35,549 nucleotides of DNA from Octopus bimaculoides (lineage: Eukaryota), in contig NC_068987.1 in the NCBI RefSeq assembly GCF_001194135.2, forward strand, positions 104,060,356 to 104,095,904, in the 5' to 3' direction. Shown here piece by piece: positions 12,365-23,057 of the stretch. Each line of letters begins with the position of its first letter. Position 1 is the first letter of the stretch. The position numbers and the translations under genes were made by a program. Below the pieces are notes generated by a model. That model made no database searches, had not been told where the DNA came from, and worked only from the letters and a program-made list of their open reading frames with translations.

Positions 12365-12794
12365 CTACTTCACTGATAAGGTCAGAATAAGTCAAAAACA
12401 TTTCCAGCGTTACTCCCCGTATTTGCCGGAATAATTTAATTATCGTTACTTGTTGACTAATATAGTTTTTTTCTCGTCACACAGCAATTTCTAGTTAACT
12501 TTTCAACGCTCGTTATGTTGATTATGCTAACATTCAATTGATCCATTCGGAAAAAGGAAACATTTTCTAAAATTTTTGAATATCCAATTTTTGATAATTA
12601 CCAGAGCAATTTTTCCTTTTTCCGAACGGGTTAATTGAATGTTAACATAATGGTTAAAAGTTAACTAGAAATTGCTTTGCGACGAGAAAAAATCAATGTT
12701 AGTCAATAGCTAATATTATTTTAATTATTCCAGCAAATACAGGGAGCAACGCTGGAAATGTTTCGAGCTTATTGTGACCTTATCAGCGAACTAG
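12365..12794. mobile_element. Foldback (palindromic) MITE-like element, arms about 190 bp
   Basis: Arm 12365-12560 is about 80% identical by eye to the reverse complement of 12612-12794. Ends CTACTTCACTGATAAGG / CCTTATCAGCGAACTAG. Loop about 50 nt. Confidence 0.85.
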
Positions 12795-12924
12795 TTCCCC
12801 GTATTTGCCAAAGTATTGATGGAAGAATTACAGAGTAAACTTAAAATATTATTTTGTGGTTGGCGTAGTAAATTTATATTTGTTTAGAAAATATCTCAAA
12901 CTAAAAACAGTAAAATTCAAATAC

Positions 12925-13878
12925 TTACTCTTTTCTTCTGTAGCAGTTGAACATGACTCCTAACTGCTGCCGAAAGTTATTATCACAGTTGATGTAAATG
13001 CAAACATTTAGTGAAATTCCAGTCAGTTGGATCAAATAGCAGATGGTTTTTGCAAGGTCTAAAGCTGCCAAGGAATCGTTATCTGTTTTGTAAACAGAAT
13101 CGACAATCATTTCAATACAGATTGGTAAGGTCGTTGCTAGGAACAACCATGTGAGTTTCATGACAAGGCGTGTCATTCGGGCAGTTCGTTGATTGATGCC
13201 TGTATTGGCATTTCTTTGGCCCTCGGTGAGTGATCTACGAAAATTACTTTGCCTTTTCATAACTAACATGAAATATATGTTACCTACAAGCATGAAGACG
13301 AAAGGAATCAGGCACAAAAATGCCAAATCAATAAATACAAAAACAAAATCTTCGAAGTGTTCTATTTCTTCATTTTTTGAAACACAATTATTTTTCTGTA
13401 CTTCATTCGTGAAGAAGTAATGACAATCTACCAAAGCTAGGAAAATAAAGACACAGACAAGTACTATAACTGATACATTCGTAGTCCATAGTCGTTTAAA
13501 AGTGAAAGGTCTGTGAATAAGAAGACAACGTTGGATAGTCATAACGACAATAATCCAAGCTGAATATTGCATACTAACATAAGTAATAAATAAATTGAAC
13601 TGGCACCCGAAACTAGAAACGCTACGCATATCAACATCTATTACATATTGAGCCCAGTATTTAGTTAGAACAGTACACAGTATAATCATGTCAGTTACAG
13701 CTAATACACTTCTGAAAATTATTGAAGAATTTACCACCTCTTTGCGCTTGAACACTAAAATAGTAATAACAAGACAGTTTCCTGTAACTCCAACAAATAA
13801 CAGGATCGGAGAGAAAAACCCCCATAGGATTTTGGACGCAGTTTCTGTTGAACTATAATCTGTTGAACTATTATTCAT
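12925..13878 (-). CDS. Class A (rhodopsin-like) GPCR, FMRFamide/peptide-receptor-like orphan, 317 aa, intronless CDS
   Basis: Seven hydrophobic helices. N-terminal NNS/NSS glycosylation sites, TM1 GVTGN, TM2 LAVTD, C3.25 (FGCQF) with an ECL2 Cys, TM3 SAWIIVVMTIQRC, TM5 LIPF, TM6 FLATTLP, TM7 NVCIY and helix 8 NNFRQQL. The ORF track starts at TTG 13908. The first ATG is 13878 (context ACA-ATG), with an in-frame TAA at 13917-13915. Confidence 0.92.
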   Translation of the reverse strand: MNNSSTDYSSTETASKILWGFFSPILLFVGVTGNCLVITILVFKRKEVVNSSIIFRSVLAVTDMIILCTVLTKYWAQYVIDVDMRSVSSFGCQFNLFITYVSMQYSAWIIVVMTIQRCLLIHRPFTFKRLWTTNVSVIVLVCVFIFLALVDCHYFFTNEVQKNNCVSKNEEIEHFEDFVFVFIDLAFLCLIPFVFMLVGNIYFMLVMKRQSNFRRSLTEGQRNANTGINQRTARMTRLVMKLTWLFLATTLPICIEMIVDSVYKTDNDSLAALDLAKTICYLIQLTGISLNVCIYINCDNNFRQQLGVMFNCYRRKE

Positions 13879-13923
13879 TGTTGAGAATTTTGGTAATCCG
13901 TTATTCAATCCTGGTTAAAATGT

Positions 13924-13945
13924 CCTGTGAAAAGAATATATTATA
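13924..13945 (-). promoter_or_regulatory. Probable 3' splice acceptor of a 5'-UTR intron of the GPCR gene
   Basis: Minus strand reads ATATTCTTTTCACAG|GACATTTT: a pyrimidine tract plus CAG/G, 46 nt upstream of the ATG. Confidence 0.55.
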
Positions 13946-14037
13946 TGGTTTGAAAGAAAAGCAAAAACACTAGTTGTACAAAATTTAATTGGTTAAACAA
14001 TAAAGAATACAATATATTATACATATTTACGTGTATT

Positions 14038-14106
14038 TACGTATACATACATACATACGTACATACATACATACATACATACATACATACATACATACAT
14101 ACATAC
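14038..14106. repeat. (TACA)n microsatellite
   Basis: Tetranucleotide run. Confidence 0.95.
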
Positions 14107-15240
14107 ATTGCTTCCTTGTGAGGGTTTCGAAAATATATGCCGTGAATATGAATGATATGAAGAAAAACTTTGGTCTGGTTACGACATTTTCAAAAGATAC
14201 AAGAATGGAATTTGGCCAGGATAATTATATTCTTAAATGGTTGTAAAACTAGAGAGAACTACAAGCCCATCTAATAACATTTCTGTCAGTTTCTTCGATA
14301 ATTGTTAAGGTCAATGAAAATAGTGTTAAGATGAATGAAAATATCGCCTATGATATTTAACAAGGAATATGGTTTTTAAGAAACTCACAATATGTTTGCT
14401 GTAGTAGTACGCATACCATCATTTGTGTTTATTCAACTGAACGCTAGACATGATCCAGGATATTGATGTTAAGACATGAAAACTGATAACTCATCCCAAA
14501 TATTTCAACATCAACACTGATATAGACTACTTCGAAAAATATTTTAAGGCAGTAAAAGCTTAACATCGATTCAAACAGCTCTTGAATGTCACATTGTATC
14601 CTTTCGACATCTACTAATCATCAAGTGTCGAAATTCTGTCACGGACCACATCTGCATACATGAGGCAGATAACATCATGGGAGTTGGAAAAGAGAAAGTA
14701 TTTCCTGAATGATGACCCGGATCATACACCTAGTAAAGTTGCACAACCCTATTGCAACAGGTCATCAAAAGAGATGTGTATAGATCACCAAAATGTCATG
14801 CATAGCTATATTGAGAGTGACAACAACATTGAAAACAGTGCAGTTTATTTTGGACTAGTAACTGGAATATTTACTTTCACTTTGAAAGATAAGCTTTTAC
14901 GCTGTACGAGTAAGAAATAACAAAAACACACATAAAAAAAATGACGCACAATCGAGACAAGAGAATAATAGAGATAGGAGAGCTCAATAAAGAAAAGAGA
15001 GCACAATAGAAAGAAGAGAGCAGTTACAACAATAAATGCAGACTGTGGAATTAACATTGAAGAAATCACAACATCATAAGCAATCGTCCGAAAATGTCAT
15101 CACAATACTTCCTACATATGAAGAGTGATGTCGTAACTTGAACATTATACAACGCAATTCATAGGAACGATAATCCTGAGGATATAAATATCTGAAGCTA
15201 TAGTGATGTGAAGGGCATAATAATGCATAATAGACAGAAT
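14107..15240 (+). mobile_element. Highly decayed R4/Dong-like (RLE-type) non-LTR retrotransposon fragment
   Basis: KIYAVN...TTFSKDTRMEFGQD matches the YAKND...FTKEIDMKFGLEKC motif at 35226+. IQDIDVKT*KL near 14452. CCHC knuckle remnant KCRL(C)..IEEIT(H)IISN(C)PKMSSQYF at about 15035-15110. Confidence 0.7.
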
Positions 15241-15283
15241 ACTAATGGCATGTTTCTGTCCAGGCTTCAATATCATTTAAGCA

Positions 15284-16169
15284 TGCAATGAATAGCTTCC
15301 TAGATTGTAAGTCAGAATTCGAAACCAAATCTACATTTTTCTACCAGTTCCATTCCTATTGTTCTCAGCTTTTGCACTTCGATATTTATGAGAGTCAACT
15401 GTCAGACTTAGGTACTAGTGTTTAAGTAAACATTCTTGGGTTAAATACAGTTCGAGAGGGATAAATTCATTACTTTCCTATTATTCTCGGCTTTTGCACT
15501 TCGAAATTCATGAGAGCCAGCTAAGTGTGACAGTTGACTCTCATAAATATCGAAGTGAGAAAGCCGAGAACAATTACATCCAGTTTTCAAACATATAAAC
15601 ACAGTAGCCAAATTCAGCTCTTCCCTCTTTCTTTCTACGCCGACGAGGATGCACCTTATTCGAGAGACTACACTCACTACTTGCCTACACTTACTATTTT
15701 TCTTTTTCCCTTTTCCGCCTGTTACCAGGCAGTCAACAAAAAATGAAGCTACGTACCTACAGAATGGCAAATTATTTGTATCTTACATTGGAACAATGAA
15801 ACTAAAAAGGGCCATTTCAATTAGCAATATTTTTTCTTCTTATTTTAATTGCTGTATATCATCGTTATACTTGGAATAAGACAGTTTCCGGGCTGTCAAG
15901 TAGATAGGGTGAAAGTTGTATTGTCGCTCGATGACAATCCATAAATGAAGAGAGAGAAACAGATGCTCTTCGGTTAGGCGTCGAAGTCTCTCACTACCTA
16001 ATCCCTATTTAACCTAAAGAAACTAGCTTAAACAATAGAACCTAAGTGTGACATTTGGCTCTCATGAATTTCGAAGTGCAAAAGCCGAGAACAACAGGAA
16101 AGGAACTCGTAGAAAAATGTAGATTCCGTTTCGAATCCTGGCTAAGAATCTAGGAAACTATTCATTACA
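15284..16169. mobile_element. Non-autonomous element with ~165-bp terminal inverted repeats and extra internal copies of a TIR motif
   Basis: 15284-15448 pairs with 16006-16169. The motif TTCTCGGCTTTTGCACTTCGAAATTCATGAGAGCC occurs at 15362 (+), 15484 (+), 15522-15571 (-) and 16043-16092 (-). No TSD identified. Confidence 0.75.
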
Positions 16170-16499
16170 ATTATAACAAACCAGACAACGATGAAGGGGA
16201 AAATAAATTAGGTACAGTTGATGTTAAAAATTACAGGAAACGAAAACATCTACACTGAACTAATGAGAAATCTGCAGTTATTCCACCTGGTCTATAACAG
16301 TAGGTATCTACTAGTAATTATTGGAGCACTTGAATAGGTAACTAATTACCCCAGTATCAATCTAAAAAAACTGGATGTCACAAAATCGGGAAGAATACGT
16401 CGAATCAAGCGATTACAGCTGCAAACTATCCGTCATTCCCAAAATATGTAAAACAAGATGTTTAGCATATGTTATGATCCACATTTGCAATGACACCTA

Positions 16500-16992
16500 T
16501 GTCTATTTCTACTTATGCATGTGTATGTACACGCAGATGTACATGTGTGCATGTATACATACATGCTTGTATACCTACCTACCTACCTACCTACATCCAT
16601 CCATCCAACCATCCATCCAAATATACATGCATACATACAAGGCTGCAGTTGATGTACACATTATAATGAAAGAGTCATGTTTACTTGCTTATAGGCAACA
16701 GACTGGCTCTTTCTTCGTTGGCGGGAAATTTGAAAACTAAAACCAAGAAAATGAATGTACATACATGCATATACACATACATATGTGTTCAGATAGCTGC
16801 CTGCATGTAAGCATGTTTAAGTGCGTTCATACATGCATACATACATGCATACATACATGTATACATACATACACAGAAACACGCACACGCGAATACACAC
16901 ACGCAATATATATATGTATACAGAGAGAGAGAGAGAGAAAATAAGAATGAGGGAGAGTGTGTGAGAGAGAGAGAAGGAAAGAGAGAGAGAGA
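16500..16992. repeat. Mixed low-complexity and microsatellite tracts (TACA, TACC, CATC, GA)
   Basis: Visible short-period repeats at about 16500-16640 and 16770-16992. Confidence 0.85.
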
Positions 16993-17108
16993 AATTGTGT
17001 TGTTAGAATTCGGTATTTTTTTGTTCGACAGCATCCAAGAAATTGGAATAAAGCAAAATTGGAATAAAGTAACAAAGAAAATAAAAACAAAGTAAAATAC
17101 GAGATGAA

Positions 17109-17272
17109 TTCCTTAGCATTCAAATTATTTTGTCAAAAGTAAAGCTTTTTTATTCTCATTGATTTTAATTAATCATGCATTGTCTCATAGCTTTGAGATT
17201 TCGATGATGCGATTGCTTACTATTAGAATGACATAATAGGGTAAAAGTGAGTGGTTGTATCTCAACAGTTTG

Positions 17273-17347
<75 letters not shown>

Positions 17348-17402
17348 CTCAAACACAGGTAGACTATTTGGGCCAGATATGGCCGGTTTAAATGCTAAAG
17401 GG
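17109..17402. mobile_element. piggyBac-like MITE (CCCTTTAGCATT ends, TTAA site) with an internal (CA)n at 17274-17346
   Basis: Right end AATGCTAAAGGG followed by TTAA (17403-17406). The left end is decayed (TTCCTTAGCATT). Confidence 0.7.
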
Positions 17403-18829
17403 TTAAGGTATGTTAGCGAACTCAGGAATGACATTTCGAGTAGATCACTTTGTGATCAAGTAAAAAGTACATAAGTGTACCTCGATTTTATATGTTTGGT
17501 TGTCTTCTATTTTCACAGTATGGTGCCCTAACCATCAACATGATCAAGTCCGACTGATGATTCTCCCCTTAGTTACTCCGATCCGGTAAAGCAACAGACA
17601 TTGACACTGTATCTGTTAACTTAGAGTGCCGTGTGGTTCGCGTCATATTCTTTTGAGCTCTAAGGATATCTGTCCCAAATTCTGGGAAACATGAAACCCA
17701 AGAAGGGTGGCATCTCGGATCCCGCATACCATTGGCCTATCATTTTTAATATAGCAAATATTTTTAAAATGGTAACAAACGAACAAAATGAGTAAATGTA
17801 TATGTGAATTAAGAGTAACATGTTAGAACTCTCGACTCAAACGTTTCTTTAATGAATGTAATCAACATCATCTCAAAGAATGACATCGAAACTTTGTTCA
17901 CCAAACGCGAATAACTCTAGTGAATAAAGTGTTAGACTATGAATGAATGAATGAAAGAATGAATAAGTAATATTAACACTAGTTTAATAAAAATGAACTA
18001 ACACTAAACGTCGTTAAAAAAAAAATTGAAATCAGAGAACATATGACAACGACATATGACATAAATAAGAATCAGCAGATAGGGAAACGGACTGCGGATC
18101 AGAAATAAATAATTTAGAAATAACATATAAAATGTAAATCAGTACTACTTACATTAATTTGTCAACAAAACATGGGTAAAATTTCCGAACGCCGGTCGTC
18201 TTTCTTTGACATTTTCTCTGAATCACTCTGATGTGTTTGCGTTTCCTTCCAAATTTATTATGTCGCTTCAACAATAAGCCGGATATACAGGGAAGGTGTC
18301 TTTACGTCACATTACCATACAATAAAGTTAACGCCAGTTTAAGCTGATAATAATTGGACAAAAAAGGGAAATCATAGTTGCTACGTAATTCAAGCTTCAT
18401 GATAATACCGAACAATTATCATTATTCTATTTTTAAAAGAAAGTTACAAAATAAGTTGTTTCACAGCTTAAATAACATCGACGTCGATTTTGTTTCCGGC
18501 CTTCAGCGTTGATAAAACATGTACTTGTAATATGTGTCTCCTGTAACAAGAGTAATTGTTAACATCGAATGAAGAGGAAAGAAATGTTGTTAGATGGATA
18601 ATATTCATAATCCGTATGGAAAGCGTGTTAAATATCCCCTGTAAGAAGTTGGGAAATATTTTAAATAAAATAGACAGACACCCACCAAATTTATTAATCA
18701 CGTACACAGCTACTCTCTTCGAATGATAAGAGAACGTTTGTATTTAAAGAGCCAATCATAATGAACTGTTTGCTATGGCAATGTTGACTGATAACGTTTA
18801 ACAAGTTACACTATGTTTTTGTTTCATAT

Positions 18830-19070
18830 ACGTGTATGTGTACATATACATACATGCATGCATACATACATACATACATACATACAAACATGCATACAAC
18901 AAACACATATATACACAGATAGACAGACATATACATATGTGTGTGTATGAACACATACACACGCACAGAAATATTCGCACACATATACGCGCGCGCGCGC
19001 ACACACACACACACATACATTTATACACACACACAAATTTACACGTGCGTGTGTATACATCTACAAATAG
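18830..19070. repeat. Mixed TACA/CA/CG low-complexity tract
   Basis: Short-period repeats. Confidence 0.85.
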
Positions 19071-19075
19071 ATACA

Positions 19076-19460
19076 GGCATGGATGAGTGGCAAGATGTTT
19101 GCTTCTTAACCACCTGGGTCTCAGTTCAGTCCCATGGCACCGTGGCACCTTGGGCAAGTGTCTTCTACTATAACCACGGGCCGATCTAAGCCTTGGTGGA
19201 TGGAAACATGTATATATCTATGTGCGTATATGTACATGTATATATCTATGTGCGTGTATGCCTTTTTATTTGTGTTTCTCACTACTGGACAACCGCTGTT
19301 CATTTGTTTATGTTCCCATAACTTAGCGGATCAACAATAGAGATTGACAGAATAATCAGCACGTTTAAAGAAAAATATGTAATGGGGTCTCTTTGTTTGA
19401 CTAAACTCTTCTAGGCTGTGCACCAGCATGGCCGAAGTCCAGTTACAGAAACGAGAGATA
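19076..19460 (+). mobile_element. Diverged SINE family C copy with internal TA/TG microsatellite
   Basis: GTTCAGTCCC B box, core GTGGCACCTTGGGCAAGTGTCTTCTACTATA, tail TAACTTAGCGG...CCAGCATGGCCG. Confidence 0.75.
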
Positions 19461-19521
19461 TAAATTAAAAGTTAAAGCTGCATCCAATTGCACGCACACA
19501 CACACATACTCGCACTCACAT

Positions 19522-19575
<54 letters not shown>

Positions 19576-19671
19576 AACTTAGATAAAACTTAGATATGTT
19601 TCGACCAAAGGTTGTTCCAGGTCATGTCTAACTTAATAGCACCACCTGATAGGATTATCTAAATCCTCCTT

Positions 19672-20103
19672 GGATCTTTTTTAAAACGGGGGCCACATTT
19701 TTCATTAATGTTTTTACGTAGTGTTTTTGGTACCGAAAGACTTTCAAACTTCGTATACTTATCTATTTTGTGTTATAGAACAGAAAAATATTTTTGTATT
19801 CGAATTTATTTCATGTAAAAAATTGTCTTATTTCGATAATTTCAACCAATCACTGACAAGTATTCAGTTGTTTATATTTACTCCTTTGGCTGATTAAGCG
19901 ATGTAAAGCGTATTTAATCTCCATACCTTCGTTTTATTTGCTTTTTTCATTTTAAATTTGCTTTAACCCTAACCCTAACCCTAACCCTAACCCTAACCCT
20001 AGTTAGGGTTAATTGTTTNNNNNNNNNNNNNNNNNNNNNNNNNNNNNNNNNNNNNNNNNNNNNNNNNNNNNNNNNNNNNNNNNNNCCGTTTTAAAAAAGA
20101 TCC
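19672..20103 (+). mobile_element. TIR MITE carrying internal (TAACCC)n, copy 1 (GG termini, possibly Merlin-like)
   Basis: TIRs GGATCTTTTTTAAAACGG and CCGTTTTAAAAAAGATCC. Flanks AAATCCTCCTT and AAATCCTT (8-bp TSD with slippage). (TAACCC)6 at 19964-19999. About 250 bp shared with 22292-22543. Contains an N gap. Confidence 0.8.
20019..20085. other. Assembly gap
   Basis: N run. Confidence 1.
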
Positions 20104-21163
20104 AAATCCTTTTTAAGTCAAGTTTTGTTTATGGTCCGTTCAAGTAGTGAGTTCTTGTTGAGTGAGTTGTATCCAGGTATGGGTGGCTTGTCTGGTATTC
20201 CTTGAAGAAATTTGTCCAGACTCTGTTTAAAGGTAATAGGATCCTTTTCCTCTTTAATGAGTTTTGGGACAATGTTAAACAGGGCAGGGCCTGTTGAGGA
20301 AAAGAAATTGTGTCGCAGTGTACCTATATGTTGTGATCCTGAATTGGGCAGGGGACGTATGACCCGTGGTCCCAGCCTTGGATGAACCTGGAAACTAATG
20401 TTCAGGTCGTTTGGGCAATGATGGTGGTATATTCTCCACATCGTACAGATGATGTACCGCTCGCGGCGGCGCTGGATATATATATATAGATAGAAACGTA
20501 GGTACTATAAGTTTAGAGGGAATACTTGATAGACTTAAAATTTCTCCAATAACTATATTTTTCCAATCACTATATTATCACTGTTATTATAATTTTTCTT
20601 CGTATTATCATTATTATTATTATAATTTTTCTTCCATCTTAATTTTCATTTCATTTATTTCATATTTTACATTTTCACTTTACTTTTTAACCCTTCAATT
20701 TTATTTTTACCTCGTTGTAACCTATTACGATTTATCTTGTCATGTGTCTTGTCATGTGTCTTTTACGTATTTCCAAATATATTTGATGGGTTTTGATATT
20801 TTTGATATTTTACAACATCTTTCTGATATCACCGGTTTATTTTTTACTACTTCTAATTTTCTTTCACTATTTTTTTTAAAAAGATGACTCTTGTAAAACT
20901 CTAATTTTAAAAATGATTCTTGTAAAACTCTATTCCTATAGAACCTTATATCTCTATATCAATTAATTCGGTTATTGTTAATTTGCTGCTACATTTTCTT
21001 TTTAAATCACTTCCTTTATTGATCACCCCTCATTTCAACTTGTTGTTACCTAATACCAGACCTATTGGATTTATCATAGACAAATCTAAAATAACTTTTT
21101 AAATTTTTAAATCTATGTAACTCGATCTATTGAGAATAGTATATTAAATATAACTGTTACATA

Positions 21164-21651
21164 CCGTAAATCCTCGAGTATAGTCCGCCCTTGAGTATAA
21201 TACGCAGGGGATTTTTAGGGAGCTGTACCTCTGAAAAACCTAAACCTTGTGTATAATACGCACCCCTTCTCTAACTTGAGTCAAGGTGGTCTATATAACG
21301 TCCTTGGTTTGTAAACATATATACGGTAACGTCCTTTATTATTATTGTATATACAACATAATGCAAACGTGTAGCTTTTTTGTGCACTTTGTTTGCAGAA
21401 AATAAAGAAATAACAGTAATAACGTCAGTGAAAAATAAATATTAAGTAAATTGCCTTTACATATTTATCACTATCAGTTATAAGCCCGACATCACAAAAT
21501 GCGCCTGAATATACATTGCCAGACATCAAATAGAGACTCGGACATTGCTTAGAGAATATTTTTCATTTTTAACCTCGTATATAGTACGCACTAGGGATTT
21601 TGACCTTTAAATTTTGGGAAAAAGATGCGGATTATACTCGAGGATTTACGG
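21164..21651. mobile_element. pogo/Tigger-like MITE, 488 bp, TA TSD
   Basis: TIRs CCGTAAATCCTCGAGTATAGTCCGC and GCGGATTATACTCGAGGATTTACGG flanked by TA (21162-63, 21652-53). Subterminal GTATAATACGCA repeats at 21195 and 21251. Confidence 0.9.
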
Positions 21652-22291
21652 TACTCAAAAACAAGATATACACTTGTAAGGTGTATTGTATGTGTGTATA
21701 CATGGATGGACGTGCCGATACTATACATGGAGATATATCTATATCTATATCTGTACGTGTGCTTAAGGATATGTGGATGTGTGAGTGTATATATAAATGA
21801 TTACTAGGGTGTAACTATAGGTGTGTGTAGAGATGTGTGTGTATATTCATGTATTTAAAGCTGTGCGTAACGAGGCAGACTTGTATACGCTTGAGCATGT
21901 TAGCGTATGTATCTGTATGAGTGCGTGTATATACACACATATACATATGCTATGACTTCTTTGTATGTGTATGTACCCATGTAATAGATAAGTTTATAAA
22001 GCTAGAAAATGCTAGTGGTGTGTTTGGGTAAACTGACAATTCCACACAATGATATCAAATTACAACCTTAATATATAATTCAACGAGTGGGCAAGCTAAG
22101 AAATTATTTATGGCCCCTAACATCTCATCCAAGCCAACATCCTGTTCTCAGCTCTATATTATTTTGTCTCTTTATCTCGTATTTTACTTTGTTTTTATTT
22201 TCTTTGTTACTTTATTCCAATTTTGCTAAATCTTATTTATATGTGTATCAAACTTTATTATTCTTATTTTTACTTTTATTACTCTTGTTTT

Positions 22292-23057
22292 GGATCTTGT
22301 TCAAAACGGGGGCACCAGTTTTCATTAATGTTTTATGTAGTGTTTTTGGTACCGAAAGACTTTCAAAGTTCGTATACTTATCTATTTTGTGTTATAGAAC
22401 AGAAAAAAAATTTTGTATTCGAATTTATTTCATGTAAAAAATTGTCTTATTTCGATAATTTCAACCAATCACTGACAAGTATTCAGCTGTTTATACTTAC
22501 TCCTTTGGCAGTTTAAGCGGTGTAAAGCGTATTTAATCTCCATTTATAATTTCATTAACATCTGCCTGAACTGTATGTGTACAACATTTGCTTTTTTCAT
22601 TTTCTTTCACGCGTGTTTCGTTAACATTTGCCTGAACTGTATGAAAGGTTTATTAGCTACTGCCTAACCCTAACCCTAACCCTAACNNNNNNNNNNNNNN
22701 NNNNNNNNNNNNNNNNNNNNNNNNNNNNNNNNNNNNNNNNNNNNNNNNNNNNNNNNNNNNNNNNNNNNNNNNNNNNNNNNNNNNNNNNNNNNNNNNNNNN
22801 NNNNNNNNNNNNNNNNNNNNNNNNNNNNNNNNNNNNNNNNNNNNNNNNNNNNNNNNNNNNNNNNNNNNNNNNNNNNNNNNNNNNNNNNNNNNNNNNNNNN
22901 NNNNNNNNNNNNTTAACATGAAATAACTTGCGATGTACGTTTTTTTGTTAAGAAGACTAAGAGAAAAAGATGTTTTATATGACACATTCTACCAGTGTCC
23001 CAAGTTTCAAAGTGTTTCGTTAAGAAAATACTGGTGCCCCCGTTTTGGACAAGATCC
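22292..23057 (+). mobile_element. TIR MITE carrying internal (TAACCC)n, copy 2, perfect 8-bp TSD (possibly Merlin-like)
   Basis: TIRs GGATCTTGTTCAAAACGGGGGCACCAG and CTGGTGCCCCCGTTTTGGACAAGATCC. TSD CTTGTTTT at 22284-22291 and 23058-23065. TAACCC array from 22665 into the gap. Confidence 0.88.
22687..22912. other. Assembly gap
   Basis: N run. Confidence 1.

Larger units (their letters stand above)
19575..20475 (-). mobile_element. 5'-truncated CR1-like LINE 3' end, interrupted by a TIR element at 19672-20103
   Basis: QRRRERYIICTMWRIY...GPALFNIVPK...LDKFLQGIPDKPPIPGYNSLNKNSLLE. The 3' UTR GTGGTGCTATTAAGTTAGACATG resumes left of the insertion and matches the copy at 25432-25705. Short tandem tail at 19575-19600. 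Confidence 0.85.

Noticed and set aside
13879-13908. TTG start at 13908 for the GPCR, as given in the ORF track
   Set aside because: In a eukaryote the ATG at 13878, in good context and followed by a typical glycosylated N-terminus, is more plausible.
17548-17600. Other CTGANGA matches (17556, 11589, 1892, 3385, 29783) as hammerheads
   Set aside because: No correctly placed GAAA-stem III-NUH, or no stem II pairing. Several lie inside transposon coding remnants.
19964-20012. (CCCTAA)n as a true telomere or chromosome-fusion scar
   Set aside because: The arrays are short and lie inside a TIR- and TSD-bounded element that is present twice.
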